Virus record (IMG/VR): IMGVR_UViG_3300046321_000151
Span: 1 to 27,478 of that record
Strand: one strand, 5' to 3'
DNA length: 27,478 nucleotides
From: a virus
Lineage: Duplodnaviria; Caudoviricetes
The notes under the pieces are model-generated. The model searched no databases. It was not told the DNA's origin and was given only the letters and a program-made list of their open reading frames with translations. Positions 8,501 to 17,099 of this stretch are shown in pieces. Made by a program: the position numbers and the translations under genes. Each line of letters opens with the position of its first letter. Position 1 is the stretch's first letter.

Positions 8501-9059
8501 ACACGCTAATCCAGCGATTCTCGAACGGGCCAAAAGGGTTCTCGTCTAAGTCGCGGTCACCGATGCCGGTGTGGATTGTCGCGCCGTAGGCGTTGACGCC
8601 GGACAGTACAGCCAAGTCGCCATCGCCGGAGCGGATTACGAGGTCCTCTTCCGTGTGCTGGGCCAGCCAGCCGAGGATGTCGTCACCCTCGACATAATCT
8701 TGGGTCAAGGACAGGGCACCGAGCTTGAAGAAGACGCTCTGCAACTGCTCTTTGAGGTTGTTGAACTCTACGTAGGCCTCGTTGGGGCGCTTGCCGCGAC
8801 CGGCCTTGTACTCTTTGTCGATCATGCCGCGCATGACCTTGCTGGACTGACCCTCGAACACAAGGATGGCGTCCTTGGGGGTCAGGTTGAATTTCTTGAG
8901 AGAGGTGATGATGGAGTTTACGGCGTTCTCGTAACCGTACGCTTGGGTGTTTACCCAGTAATCTTTGCCGTCTTCTGTGACAGCGTTGAAACCTTCTTGG
9001 TCTTTTCCTACTGAGAGGCAGGTCCACATAATAGAGGACATGTCGAATGCAATTTTCAT
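5586..9059 (-). CDS. polA: DNA polymerase family A with N-terminal 5'-3' exonuclease (FEN) and 3'-5' exonuclease domains
   Basis: FEN motifs YKAGR, EGDD, SGDGDL, GDSSDNIKGIKGFG; exo DIET, NVAFE, YACDD; pol TGRIHS..NLQQLP, motif A DFSSQE, motif B R..GK..NFG..Y, motif C HDE. Confidence 0.95.
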   Translation of the reverse strand: MKIAFDMSSIMWTCLSVGKDQEGFNAVTEDGKDYWVNTQAYGYENAVNSIITSLKKFNLTPKDAILVFEGQSSKVMRGMIDKEYKAGRGKRPNEAYVEFNNLKEQLQSVFFKLGALSLTQDYVEGDDILGWLAQHTEEDLVIRSGDGDLAVLSGVNAYGATIHTGIGDRDLDENPFGPFENRWISVYKALVGDSSDNIKGIKGFGPAAFAEFYRGYGDAGLEELARLAEIGNLDELHPECGVKVVKKIFDGSAEFIKSWKLAKIHTEWVNTLQNPLKWSPGLIRGKVDDERLAKWQGQSHLVSGSKWESFKSWAKPLIAQSDFVALDIETSTPDESDEWVESNGGIVDVIGSELSGMSLTFGDNLQYTVYIPVDHVDTDYVPLDDVADFAMNLGKQLVIQNVAFEGPVLYNAWGERFKDNGYEGYLPNWLDTKLEASYVNENESLGLKKLAKMYFGYDQVEYSAVTTLEGPIGTLQGGQLLSAFDKCVKEAVIREVTAADVEMESQKYAVAMGKWERDLPYTDDELPRPPAPTLVEGGTIEVEPPVFEATERRQYKMRELSAAHVKSYACDDTIVTASLHNFFKLHMQLERHWKVYLDVEIDASYLHAQSYVHGVKVDVAKLYELAELDAKTKVDAEAVLHKYLITHGWEGTVAPVFEKLDAAAIKQAALICGQELKTAVRTPAKLVPMIQDKLLADLVSADDAAAVTCYVHRRFVAAPEFNAGSPKQITKLMYAVMGLPLRLFNNGPGTRSNEAIRNAMDVPLTLEAYNAMPPPPGARLPNPSTDTTAIAYALLDAPEEEKAALEALKLIKMVQTRSGLYYETYPKLVHWKTGRIHSNHNQCGTNTRRASSSAPNLQQLPKHAKIEGQAARFREVIVPHKRNAVIVSMDFSSQEILLLAEWSKDPTLREVFVGDSPKDMHSITGLGIYNGRNEAITYEQFVAAKDDKSNPLYETAKKCRALGKACNFGSQYRIKPGKLSRMLMVTKQDATDMLEAKAVAFPVAEAWAETEMAAIYEHGTVKTLLGAVRHLAKMIDQASSGDEEGPQRQALSFRIQGSAAEMTKLAEGRMWKARLEQVFDCEVIAPIHDECVFSVAIPDLVPFMVAAHACMVGDYAGMELPIKSSISFGPSFGEQIEIGDLPVEAAIVGGLKKMEKA

Positions 9060-9071
9060 ATATTTCCTAAT

Positions 9072-9098
9072 GTAAGAAAAGCCCTCCGAGGAGGGCTT
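9072..9098 (-). terminator. intrinsic terminator upstream of polA
   Basis: Minus strand AAGCCCTC-CTCG-GAGGGCTT followed by TTCTTAC. Confidence 0.75.
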
Positions 9099-9103
9099 GG
9101 GTT

Positions 9104-9451
9104 TTAGCGTATGTTGCCTTGCAGCTCGTCTGCAACTAATTTTGAATATCCTGCCACATCGGTCCAGGAGTCATCGTAATTGGCATCGCCGTTTACGATT
9201 CGTCCAATCTTGTGGAACACCATCTCAAGCGCTTCCTGTTGTGTGTCTGTCAGCACCTTGTTTCGGGAATCCAAGTGCTTCTTCAGCAGCCGCTTGAAGT
9301 CTTGTGTGACGTTAGCGTGGCCTTGGAAGGTTCCGTAGCGAGAGCCCCGCTCTGCGAGGATGGTGACCAAGGTGGGGGCCGTCTTTGGTGCTTCCTTGGC
9401 TGGGCGTCCGCGTTTTTGGGTCTGAACAAAAGGCATCTTACGTGTTGTCAT
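9104..9451 (-). CDS. DUF6378-like protein (phage nucleotide-metabolism associated)
   Basis: ERGSRYG, KIGRIVNGD and DSWTDVAGY motifs. Confidence 0.75.
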   Translation of the reverse strand: MTTRKMPFVQTQKRGRPAKEAPKTAPTLVTILAERGSRYGTFQGHANVTQDFKRLLKKHLDSRNKVLTDTQQEALEMVFHKIGRIVNGDANYDDSWTDVAGYSKLVADELQGNIR

Positions 9452-9863
9452 TTAGTTTCTCCGATAAAAGTTGTGAAATCTTTGGCTCTGGTTTCCAATA
9501 TCCGGGACCCTTCTGGAGCTTCCCGAATTGGTCTTTGATTGGGTTTCCGTCCGCTCCCATCTTGCTGAAGTTGGACTGCATGATTACAGAGATAACTTCC
9601 TGCATTGGTAGGCCGTACTTAGTACCTTCAGAGGCACAATAGACCATAATATCACCAAACCAGTCAGCAAGGTTAGTCAAGGTTTCTAGATTCGTCGAAC
9701 CTTCTTTATTGTAGGTTTCGATGATGTCAAATCCCTCATCCAGCTCATCACGAAGAATCTTCGTGAAGTTGAGCAGCTTCAAAGGGAAGCCGTCTGGCAG
9801 CGCAGGCTTGTCTGGGCAGGGGAACCCATACATCGTATTGAACTTCTTGATGTCATCAAACAT
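9438..9863 (-). CDS. MazG-like NTP pyrophosphohydrolase (PRA-PH-like)
   Basis: DELDE, LADWFGDIMVY and SNFSK..DGNP..D.FGK..KGPGYWKPE motifs. Confidence 0.85.
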   Translation of the reverse strand: MFDDIKKFNTMYGFPCPDKPALPDGFPLKLLNFTKILRDELDEGFDIIETYNKEGSTNLETLTNLADWFGDIMVYCASEGTKYGLPMQEVISVIMQSNFSKMGADGNPIKDQFGKLQKGPGYWKPEPKISQLLSEKLNDNT

Positions 9864-10506
9864 TTTTCATTTTCTCCAAGGTGTATTTGAGGTCTTGGTC
9901 AAGTCCGGCTTGGCCCATCAGCCAGTTGCGGTAGTCTGCTGGCACGTTCAGGATTGGCACACCCTTGTGCTTCCCGAAGGGCATGACATGCAGCATCTTA
10001 GGTGTGCTGGCCCGCTTGAACAGCGCTTCCAGCGTAGTGCCCGTCTTCGGCAGAATCACTTGCAGCAAGTCATGCACTGTCAAGATGTCACCCAAGGCTG
10101 AGTGTGACTTTCGGTCGGGTAGACCAAGTTCTGATTGCAGGGTGGCCAACTTGTGGTTGGTGGTGCCTGTAATGTATTTTCTGGACAAGGCCAGAGTACA
10201 TAGGGTCGCCGCTGGTGTGTAAACACTAGCAATCATTCGAGTATCGAATGGTGCGTTGTGGCAGATCATCCACCCAGACTCTGGAAGTAGCTTTGCTACT
10301 TCAGCAAGTTTAGGTTTGCCAACACACATCTCGTTAGAGATTCCGTGAATGGCAAATGCACCGGGTTCAATCTGGCGCTCGGGGTCTACAAGGGTCTCAT
10401 GTTGTTCGAGAATGTTGAGGTTCTCGTCCATGGTGACCCATGCGATTTCACATACGCCACCTGATAGGCCCGCAGTTTCTGTATCTAAAATTAGGTAATT
10501 GTTCAT
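9856..10506 (-). CDS. DEDDh 3'-5' exonuclease, exonuclease X-like, with C-terminal MPFGKHKG domain
   Basis: LDTETAG, HNAPFD, HSALGD; MPFGKHKG..VPADY.NWL. Confidence 0.9.
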   Translation of the reverse strand: MNNYLILDTETAGLSGGVCEIAWVTMDENLNILEQHETLVDPERQIEPGAFAIHGISNEMCVGKPKLAEVAKLLPESGWMICHNAPFDTRMIASVYTPAATLCTLALSRKYITGTTNHKLATLQSELGLPDRKSHSALGDILTVHDLLQVILPKTGTTLEALFKRASTPKMLHVMPFGKHKGVPILNVPADYRNWLMGQAGLDQDLKYTLEKMKNV

Positions 10507-10509
10507 GCG

Positions 10510-10538
10510 TGAAAAAGGCCCAGAAATTCTGGGCCTTT
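10510..10538 (-). terminator. intrinsic terminator
   Basis: Minus strand AAAGGCCCAGAA-T-TTCTGGGCCTTT followed by TT. Confidence 0.8.
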
Positions 10539-10552
10539 CCTAAGTTTAGTTG

Positions 10553-11230
10553 TTACTGAGCAATATCAAACACAACCACTGTGTATGTATTGTTTCCGGC
10601 GGTAGCAAGTTCGGTACGAGCCCGAACCTTGGTGACTGACTCAGCAGTCGCCTTCCCTAGTCGCAACGCATTCAGAGCCATCAACTGGTATCGGCTGAAC
10701 TTGCCCTTGGACTTCGGTGACAGGTCGAACTGTACCAAGTCATCGACCAGCTGCGGGCCTTTAGCACAGGAGACTACACTACCGACAACAACTGCGCGTT
10801 CCTTCACGCCGGCTTTCTCATAGCCCATCTCACGAAGGGCTTCAAGGTGCTCTTTGACCAAGGTGCCGTCCGAGCAAACTACGCCGTCATCACTGTACCG
10901 AACTGTGGTTTTATCGGCTCGGTCGTCGCCTGCTTGAACAACATAGCTATCTTGCCAAGACAGCAACTCAAACACAATCTCGTCGCCAACAGGCTTCTTA
11001 GACTCACGCTCAAGGAAGTTACCGTTGCTGGCTACGAGGCAGGTCAAGCTGTCGTAGGCCACTTTAACTGCGTCTTTCAACCCGGTGATTGGGTTGGTGA
11101 TGCTACCGAAGCTTGGTTTGGCTACTACTGCTTGTGGCTTGGTAGTTACTACTGCTGTGGTTTGGGTTGGAGTTTCAGTCATTGTCTCGTCTTGAGCTTC
11201 GAAGTCTGGGGTTACTTTGTGGAGTGCCAT
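10553..11230 (-). CDS. hypothetical replication protein, possibly ssDNA-binding
   Basis: 225-aa ORF with beta-rich pattern, own promoter and terminator, inside the replication module; function inferred from context only. Confidence 0.55.
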   Translation of the reverse strand: MALHKVTPDFEAQDETMTETPTQTTAVVTTKPQAVVAKPSFGSITNPITGLKDAVKVAYDSLTCLVASNGNFLERESKKPVGDEIVFELLSWQDSYVVQAGDDRADKTTVRYSDDGVVCSDGTLVKEHLEALREMGYEKAGVKERAVVVGSVVSCAKGPQLVDDLVQFDLSPKSKGKFSRYQLMALNALRLGKATAESVTKVRARTELATAGNNTYTVVVFDIAQ

Positions 11231-11303
11231 GATAAGTTTACTTTCAGTTTTGTTTGGCTGTCTAATTCCAGCCGGGCCAACCAGAGAAGTCTGGGTTTTT
11301 GAA

Positions 11304-11332
11304 ATTATACTGCCATTTTTTGGCGGTGTCTA
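11304..11332 (-). promoter_or_regulatory. sigma70-type promoter
   Basis: Minus strand TAGACA-N17-TATAAT; the -35 box begins with the TAG stop codon of the HNH gene. Confidence 0.8.
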
Positions 11333-11998
11333 TAGTGGTTCGGAAAAATTTTCACTTTCTAGGGCTTGTGGGATTGACCAGCCGCGTCGGAGCCGCTTGT
11401 GGACCGGGTGGTACGGTAGACCAGCAATCTCACAAGCCTCGGCCAAGCTGATTAGCTTGCCGAGGTAGCTGACAAGTCGGTTGTTTCGCTTGTTACGTTG
11501 CTGCTGTACGGCTGTCGCCCACACGCAGTTCTCAGGCGAGTAGCCTAAGTCGTTGTCTACCCTCTCTAGGCTGAGTCCGGGCCGGTGACTAGGGCTCAGG
11601 TCCGAAATAAAATTCTCGACTGAATGCCATCGCTCGCAGACCGTGATGCCGCGCGCGCCGTAGGCTGCAAACTTCGGGCTCTTTTGGCTGTAGCACCGCC
11701 TCATCATCCCGCTGTGCGTGTCATACAAATGGTGCTTTTCCAGCCCGTGAGTAGTGTTTGCCCGCCCGGTTGCGGCCATAACCCCCCTCTGGCCACATCC
11801 ACAACTCGTGGTGTGGCCGTTGCGCAGGTTGCTCATCTGGACCTGCCGCGCCTCGCCGCAGTCACAGCGGACTACCCACCTAGAACGCCCCTGCCCCTCT
11901 ACCTTACTCACGAGTGTAAGCCGCCCGTACCTGTCACCGGCTAAGTTAGGCTCTCTACCTGTGGGAGGCTCTCTACCTATAATTTTATTATTAAACAT
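11330..11998 (-). CDS. free-standing HNH-family homing endonuclease
   Basis: RYGRLT, RCDCG, TTSCGC, YGARGITVCERW, LERVDNDLGYSPENCVWAT..Q.RN and a C-terminal HTH-like tail; start moved to ATG 11998 after AAGGG. Confidence 0.88.
   Translation of the reverse strand: MFNNKIIGREPPTGREPNLAGDRYGRLTLVSKVEGQGRSRWVVRCDCGEARQVQMSNLRNGHTTSCGCGQRGVMAATGRANTTHGLEKHHLYDTHSGMMRRCYSQKSPKFAAYGARGITVCERWHSVENFISDLSPSHRPGLSLERVDNDLGYSPENCVWATAVQQQRNKRNNRLVSYLGKLISLAEACEIAGLPYHPVHKRLRRGWSIPQALESENFSEPL
11948..11978. repeat. 13-bp direct repeat AGGCTCTCTACCT x2, 18-bp period
   Basis: Copies at 11948-11960 and 11966-11978, encoding GREP-PT-GREP. Confidence 0.85.
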
Positions 11999-12006
11999 AT
12001 TTACCC

Positions 12007-14856
12007 TTACTTTTCGGAAAATACTGTGCATCCACTGTCAAGCAGCGATTCATAGTCCAACCTAGTAGTCGCTGCTGGTAGGTGCTTAGTGCCAGCAGAG
12101 ATATCCATGAACTGACCACAATCCTTCAGTGCCAAGGCTAAAGAGTCCTCACCGTTGAACAGTGGCTTCATACCCAAGTTCTTGCAGTATATGCGGTACT
12201 TGTTGTACGCTGGCCTCACCGCTAACTCTAAAACTCTACGCCCACCCATGTCCTTCAGTTGGAACTCATAACCGTAATTCAGCTTAGCTTGGGAGTCCGG
12301 CTGCAAGTGGCTCATGTCACCGAGATGCTGCAGCACCCTTACGTACTCTGGGACGGTGTTGGATACCAAGTCTGACATACGGCTATAGCATGCGTTTCTC
12401 AACTCAGCCATTTCCTTGTCAAACATATCACCGAACTGTGTCTTCAGCACCCAGCCGAATACGCCAAGCCCGAATTCAGCGACTGCGTAGTTGTAGACAA
12501 TACGCTCCCTGCCGTGCCCCTTACGCTTGATTTCCTCGGCGCTCAGGGTGTCCAAGTCGCCAGGTTGCAAGCAGTGCTTGGCCCGGGCCGCTGCGTAGAG
12601 TGCGTCGAACTTCGAGGAGAAGCTCTCCCTGTCCAGTCGCGCCAGCATGTTCTGCAGTATGAACGCCCCGATATGGGACAGGACAACTTGTCCCTGCTGG
12701 AACCGCTGGAAGTGTGCGAACTGCTGAGCCCCTTTAATCCCCGGCAGCCGGCGGAATGTGGCCAAGACCACCCGCTCCAAGAGCGCAGTCTCAGCTTCAA
12801 TTGCTTCGGCTACGAACATTGTGGGGGCTGTCAAGGTCTGCTCTGACACACTGGCAAAGCCGTCAGCCCCGCGCTTGCCTCCGCCGCGCATCACAGGCCG
12901 GCAGTTGTAGGCATCCCGCAGCATCAGCTTCAGGGCATGGTGCTTCTCAAACGGCATGTCATTGGGCTTGTACTCGTCCACAAACAGCGGGATGCTGGCC
13001 GAAGACATCATAAAGCTCTGAATGGCAAACACCGTGGACGTGGGGCTAATCTGCACCGGGTCAGCATGATGGTAGTGCAAGCGCAGCAGGGCAAGGTTCA
13101 TCTCCGACTTGCCTGCGCCGGCCTGTCCTACAACGTGCAGCAACGGAAACTTGCCGTAGCACACATGGAAGACGCTACGGTAGAAGCATGCCACTTGCCA
13201 GCCCAAGAGCTTGCCCAGCACCTCAGCAGGTTGTGCCCTAAACAGGTTCCACAGGGCGTCTTGGGCTTTCTCCCTATTCCCTTCCACAGCCAAGTAATCC
13301 TCAAAAGAAGGGCACCGGCTGAGGTCCGAGTGGAACTTGCCTGTCGGGTCTGGGTACCCGTTGAACTTCAGCGGGTAGTCGCCCTGCACATGAACGCTTG
13401 GCCTCACGCCCCTCTCGTCAGCGTAAATCAGGAACCCCTTGCGAAGCTCCTCCTCGTCTGAGCGAGCAGACTTGAACCAACTGAGGCCTTCCTTTTCTAC
13501 CAGCAGGGTGTTGGCCCCTGCCCGTTTTGACTCGTCGATTAGCATTTCATACAACTTTCTAGCCACAATGTCGCTGGCCGTAAATGAGATTCCAGTACGC
13601 GATACCGCCCTCTGCATGGCAGAAGAACTTTGGAAGTCTTCTGGGGAGAAGGTCAAGTCCTGTCCTGCCATCTTGCCGGTGAGCGCCATGATGGCACCTG
13701 TGTTCGGGTCTACCAAGGTTGTGACTTCCTTGACTATTCCGCGCATGAAATAGTTCTCAATCCCCTCATCGTTTCTGGTGTAGTACCCGTCTGGTCCCCG
13801 GTAAATGCCACAGTCGTAACCAGCATGCTCCCCGTCCTCAAGTGGCCCGTCGCCGGCCCCTGCCGTGGGGCCCTCTGGCGCTGCTACAGGGGTCAGCAAC
13901 TTGGCGAAGGCTCCGCTGTTGTACTCGTAGGCAAAGTTGTCCTCGACGTACATCAGCATGTTGCAGAGTTCACGCTCCCGCGCCTTGGCAGTGCCGTAGC
14001 GAGAGCCGCCCTTGTGGTTGGCAATCAGGCCTTGGGCCCGGTTGATGAACTGCTCTTCGTTCCAGCCGGATTCACGGGCATACAAGGCCAACTGCATTGC
14101 AATCAGGTTGAAGCCCGCTTCCGACTCACCGTTGAGCAGCTTGACCACCACAGGCAGGTCTTGCTGAATCTGTCCGGGGGTCACCACCTTGGGCTTGCGC
14201 CGTTTCTTGGTGACACCGGCCTTCTGTACTGCCTCGTCGAACAGCAACCCGAACTGGAACCGGAACTCGGGCCGCGCCGGTGGCATGTGCCGGGGCGCTG
14301 CACACAAGGACTTGTAGGTCTCTGGGGTCAGTGACTCAAGCTCCTGCAGAGAGATCTGCACCTTGTAGTTGCCGTTCTCCCGGACGTTGTAACAAGTCCG
14401 CAGCATGCGCCCCTTGCGCCCAGTGTAGACCCGCAGGTCGGTACTGGGTGTGGAGAGCTTGAATGCGATTTCCTTGTAAACGTCAAACAGCCGGTACATG
14501 GGCACCGGCTTTTGGTTGAACGCTACTTCCGGGATGATGATGTGCAGCCCCTTCTTGCCGCTCAAGTACACCTCAAAGTCGTAGGCCTGAAGCCCATAAC
14601 TCTGCAGGCGCTGCACTGTCACCTTGGCGTCAGCAATGGCGTCTTGGATGTCCTCTGCGTCCAAGTCGAAGTACAGTGGGCCGCTGTACTTGGCCGCGTC
14701 CAAGTCTTCCCTTGTTGGCTTTTCTGCCAGTAACGTGTCCACCGCCAAGATGGTCACGAACGTGGGACGCACACCCTCCAAGGTCTGCTCTGCTTGGATA
14801 GGCTGCCACGCTTCCTTGCCACCAATGAGTTGGTAGTATTTGTAGAGCTTGGCCAT
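12007..14856 (-). CDS. AEP-type primase fused to a P-loop helicase/ATPase
   Basis: AEP motifs YFDLD, SGKKGLH, DLRVY..GRMLR; C-terminal Walker A GQAGAGKS and Walker B LFVDE. Confidence 0.85.
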   Translation of the reverse strand: MAKLYKYYQLIGGKEAWQPIQAEQTLEGVRPTFVTILAVDTLLAEKPTREDLDAAKYSGPLYFDLDAEDIQDAIADAKVTVQRLQSYGLQAYDFEVYLSGKKGLHIIIPEVAFNQKPVPMYRLFDVYKEIAFKLSTPSTDLRVYTGRKGRMLRTCYNVRENGNYKVQISLQELESLTPETYKSLCAAPRHMPPARPEFRFQFGLLFDEAVQKAGVTKKRRKPKVVTPGQIQQDLPVVVKLLNGESEAGFNLIAMQLALYARESGWNEEQFINRAQGLIANHKGGSRYGTAKARERELCNMLMYVEDNFAYEYNSGAFAKLLTPVAAPEGPTAGAGDGPLEDGEHAGYDCGIYRGPDGYYTRNDEGIENYFMRGIVKEVTTLVDPNTGAIMALTGKMAGQDLTFSPEDFQSSSAMQRAVSRTGISFTASDIVARKLYEMLIDESKRAGANTLLVEKEGLSWFKSARSDEEELRKGFLIYADERGVRPSVHVQGDYPLKFNGYPDPTGKFHSDLSRCPSFEDYLAVEGNREKAQDALWNLFRAQPAEVLGKLLGWQVACFYRSVFHVCYGKFPLLHVVGQAGAGKSEMNLALLRLHYHHADPVQISPTSTVFAIQSFMMSSASIPLFVDEYKPNDMPFEKHHALKLMLRDAYNCRPVMRGGGKRGADGFASVSEQTLTAPTMFVAEAIEAETALLERVVLATFRRLPGIKGAQQFAHFQRFQQGQVVLSHIGAFILQNMLARLDRESFSSKFDALYAAARAKHCLQPGDLDTLSAEEIKRKGHGRERIVYNYAVAEFGLGVFGWVLKTQFGDMFDKEMAELRNACYSRMSDLVSNTVPEYVRVLQHLGDMSHLQPDSQAKLNYGYEFQLKDMGGRRVLELAVRPAYNKYRIYCKNLGMKPLFNGEDSLALALKDCGQFMDISAGTKHLPAATTRLDYESLLDSGCTVFSEK

Positions 14857-14858
14857 GG

Positions 14859-15332
14859 TCAGACTCCCGGAAATGTAGAGTCGAAGACTGCTCGCTCAAG
14901 TATGTATGGCACACCCTCTACCGTGTGCTTGTGGACGTTGTGGGCACTTCGGTAGGCTAGTGGGAACTTGACCTCAAAGCGACCTTTATGGGGGATAAAG
15001 GAGACTGAACTGTAGAACACCTGCCAAAGGAAGACGCCTGCGGCGACCTCGACCGGTGTGTGCCCTACTTCAACGGTCTTGCCGTCACCGTCTACCCAAG
15101 TGGAGTGGAGTCCTCCGTTCATGGTCAAACCAACGTCGGTGCAGGTCAGCACTCTCATTGTCTGGGGTTCGCCGTAGAACAAGGAGAACACCACAAGTTG
15201 CTTGTCTTTGTAGGCGGCGAAACGGTGGGCGCTGCGGCAGGCTTCCCATCGTGATAGGGCTTCCGGGGGGAGGGATTGAGCGAAAGTGTCAGAATACTGA
15301 CGCTCTAGTAAAAGTTGTGGATTTTCTTGCAT
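14859..15332 (-). CDS. hypothetical protein
   Basis: ORF filling the gap between helicase and primase; start taken at MQENP to avoid overlap. Confidence 0.65.
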   Translation of the reverse strand: MQENPQLLLERQYSDTFAQSLPPEALSRWEACRSAHRFAAYKDKQLVVFSLFYGEPQTMRVLTCTDVGLTMNGGLHSTWVDGDGKTVEVGHTPVEVAAGVFLWQVFYSSVSFIPHKGRFEVKFPLAYRSAHNVHKHTVEGVPYILERAVFDSTFPGV

Positions 15333-15369
15333 AGGGGTTTCGTAAGTGAAGCGACGGATTCTACGGCAA

Positions 15370-16758
15370 TTAAGTGCCGCGAATCCAGTCTCGAATTGAA
15401 TCTCGTGTATTTTCCACCCGCTTAACAAGGTCGTCGTTGTCCATCAGCATGCCCAGGAGTCGGGTTTGGATGGTGTTGTTGGCCACCGCCACCTTAATCC
15501 GGGGCTTGCGTTTCTGCCCCATCCTGACGACACGGCCAATGGCCTGCCGAGCAAGAAGGGGCGTCGTCGGGGTCTCGACAAACAGCATCTCGCTGCAGAC
15601 GCCTTGGGCGTTGAGGCCTACACCTGCTGACTGGGGCTGAGCGACAAGGATGCGCACCGTAGGGTCTTCCATGAACAGCTCAAAGGACTTGTTGCTGTTA
15701 GCTTCTCCGTAGGCGGCGACGGCCTTGTGCCCTTGGGCAGCGAGGTACTCCATGACGTTGCGGGTGGTCATCTTGTAGAACGTCCAGATGATGAGCTTGG
15801 AGTCCGTGGGCAGCACCTCTTCAAGCGTCTGGTCGATAATGTCATAAATGGCACTGCGCTTGTCCTCGCCGCTGAAGTGGGCCCAGTTGCAGACGATTTG
15901 CTGTGCTGCGTGGAACAACTTGGTGCTGGTGGTGGCGTCGATTTTGGTACCGTCACCCAAGAGCAGCAGCTGCTCTTCCATCAGCCGCTCATACAACTTG
16001 GTGTGCGCCGGGTCAAGGTCGTAACTGCAGTCCGGGAACTGCGGGTCCAAGTCCAAGCCGAATAACTCTTCCTTGGTGAAGCGCACGGTCTGTAGCGACA
16101 GGTTCTTGGCTACCTCGTCAAGGGCTTGCCACTGCGTAACCTTGCCAAAGAAGTCTCGCTCGGCAATGTGCATGTTCTCGAAGTGGCCGAAGGTTCTGTA
16201 GAGCTTCGGAGTCTTCTGCTTGATGTAGACATAAGCATCAGTCGGCTTAGAAGTCGGTGTGCCAGTTAGAAGTTGTAGGTTGTGTCCTAGTGAGAGTCTG
16301 GCTACGTTTTTATAGAGTATTGAAGACGGGTTTTTTAGTGAATGCGACTCATCTACGATTAGTTCTAATTCGTAGCTGTTTAGTGCATGATACAACTTCT
16401 CGTAATCCATACGAAAGATTGCATGACTCATCACTACGAATCTTGCAGTAATGTTTAGTTTACGTCTTTCTGTAGGCGTCCCACGGTAGTCTGTTACAGA
16501 GTCTGTGAAGCGGCGCAGCCACTTGCACCACTGCGGGATGATGATAGGCGGTACCAAGACCAAGGTGGTGTCCTTGCCCGTCATCAGGCTGACGGCAGTG
16601 GACATTACCGTCTTGCCGGTGCCCACCTCGGAGAAATTGGCGTTGCGTGGGTAAGTGGCCAGCTCTTCAATGCCGGCCACCTGCTTGTCGGCCAGATTGA
16701 AGCCGGCCTTGGTCTGAAAGTCAGTAGCAGCGTCTAGCGCTGCGAAGGTGGGGTACAT
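15370..16758 (-). CDS. SF2/SNF2-type DExH helicase
   Basis: VGTGKT, IVDESH, LTGTP, GVGLN and QAIGRVVRMGQ motifs. Confidence 0.92.
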   Translation of the reverse strand: MYPTFAALDAATDFQTKAGFNLADKQVAGIEELATYPRNANFSEVGTGKTVMSTAVSLMTGKDTTLVLVPPIIIPQWCKWLRRFTDSVTDYRGTPTERRKLNITARFVVMSHAIFRMDYEKLYHALNSYELELIVDESHSLKNPSSILYKNVARLSLGHNLQLLTGTPTSKPTDAYVYIKQKTPKLYRTFGHFENMHIAERDFFGKVTQWQALDEVAKNLSLQTVRFTKEELFGLDLDPQFPDCSYDLDPAHTKLYERLMEEQLLLLGDGTKIDATTSTKLFHAAQQIVCNWAHFSGEDKRSAIYDIIDQTLEEVLPTDSKLIIWTFYKMTTRNVMEYLAAQGHKAVAAYGEANSNKSFELFMEDPTVRILVAQPQSAGVGLNAQGVCSEMLFVETPTTPLLARQAIGRVVRMGQKRKPRIKVAVANNTIQTRLLGMLMDNDDLVKRVENTRDSIRDWIRGT

Positions 16759-17099
16759 CAGCGCACCAAGCTTAGTTGCAACTTGATTCCGTGCGCTTGG
16801 CAGTAGGCGGTGAAGGCCTCTTGGCCCAGCAGACAGGCTAGCTCTCCGAGTGTGCCGCCTTCAGCCGGTCGCTCCAGAATCTTCTTGGCCGTTGTCGCAT
16901 ACATGACAGCAGCCTCTTGTCCGGCCCACGTTGACAAGTCATACCGTGCCCAGCACAGGTTGAAGGCTGGCCACAGGCTTGGGTCCTTCTTGACAAGGAG
17001 GCCGATGCCTGCTGGCAGCCCGCCCTTGGGGTGGGGTAGCACGTAGGAGGTTGGGTGCTTGGGGGACCAATACCACTTAGCTAGTTGCTTGAAGTTCAC
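16758..17099 (-). CDS. hypothetical protein (start uncertain: GTG 17099 or ATG 17168)
   Basis: Stop overlaps the helicase ATG (TGATG). Confidence 0.65.
   Translation of the reverse strand: MNFKQLAKWYWSPKHPTSYVLPHPKGGLPAGIGLLVKKDPSLWPAFNLCWARYDLSTWAGQEAAVMYATTAKKILERPAEGGTLGELACLLGQEAFTAYCQAHGIKLQLSLVR

Noticed and set aside
9104-9863. 2-aminoadenine (Z) or 7-deazaguanine modification cluster
   Set aside because: No PurZ, DatZ, DpdA or Que genes recognisable in the window
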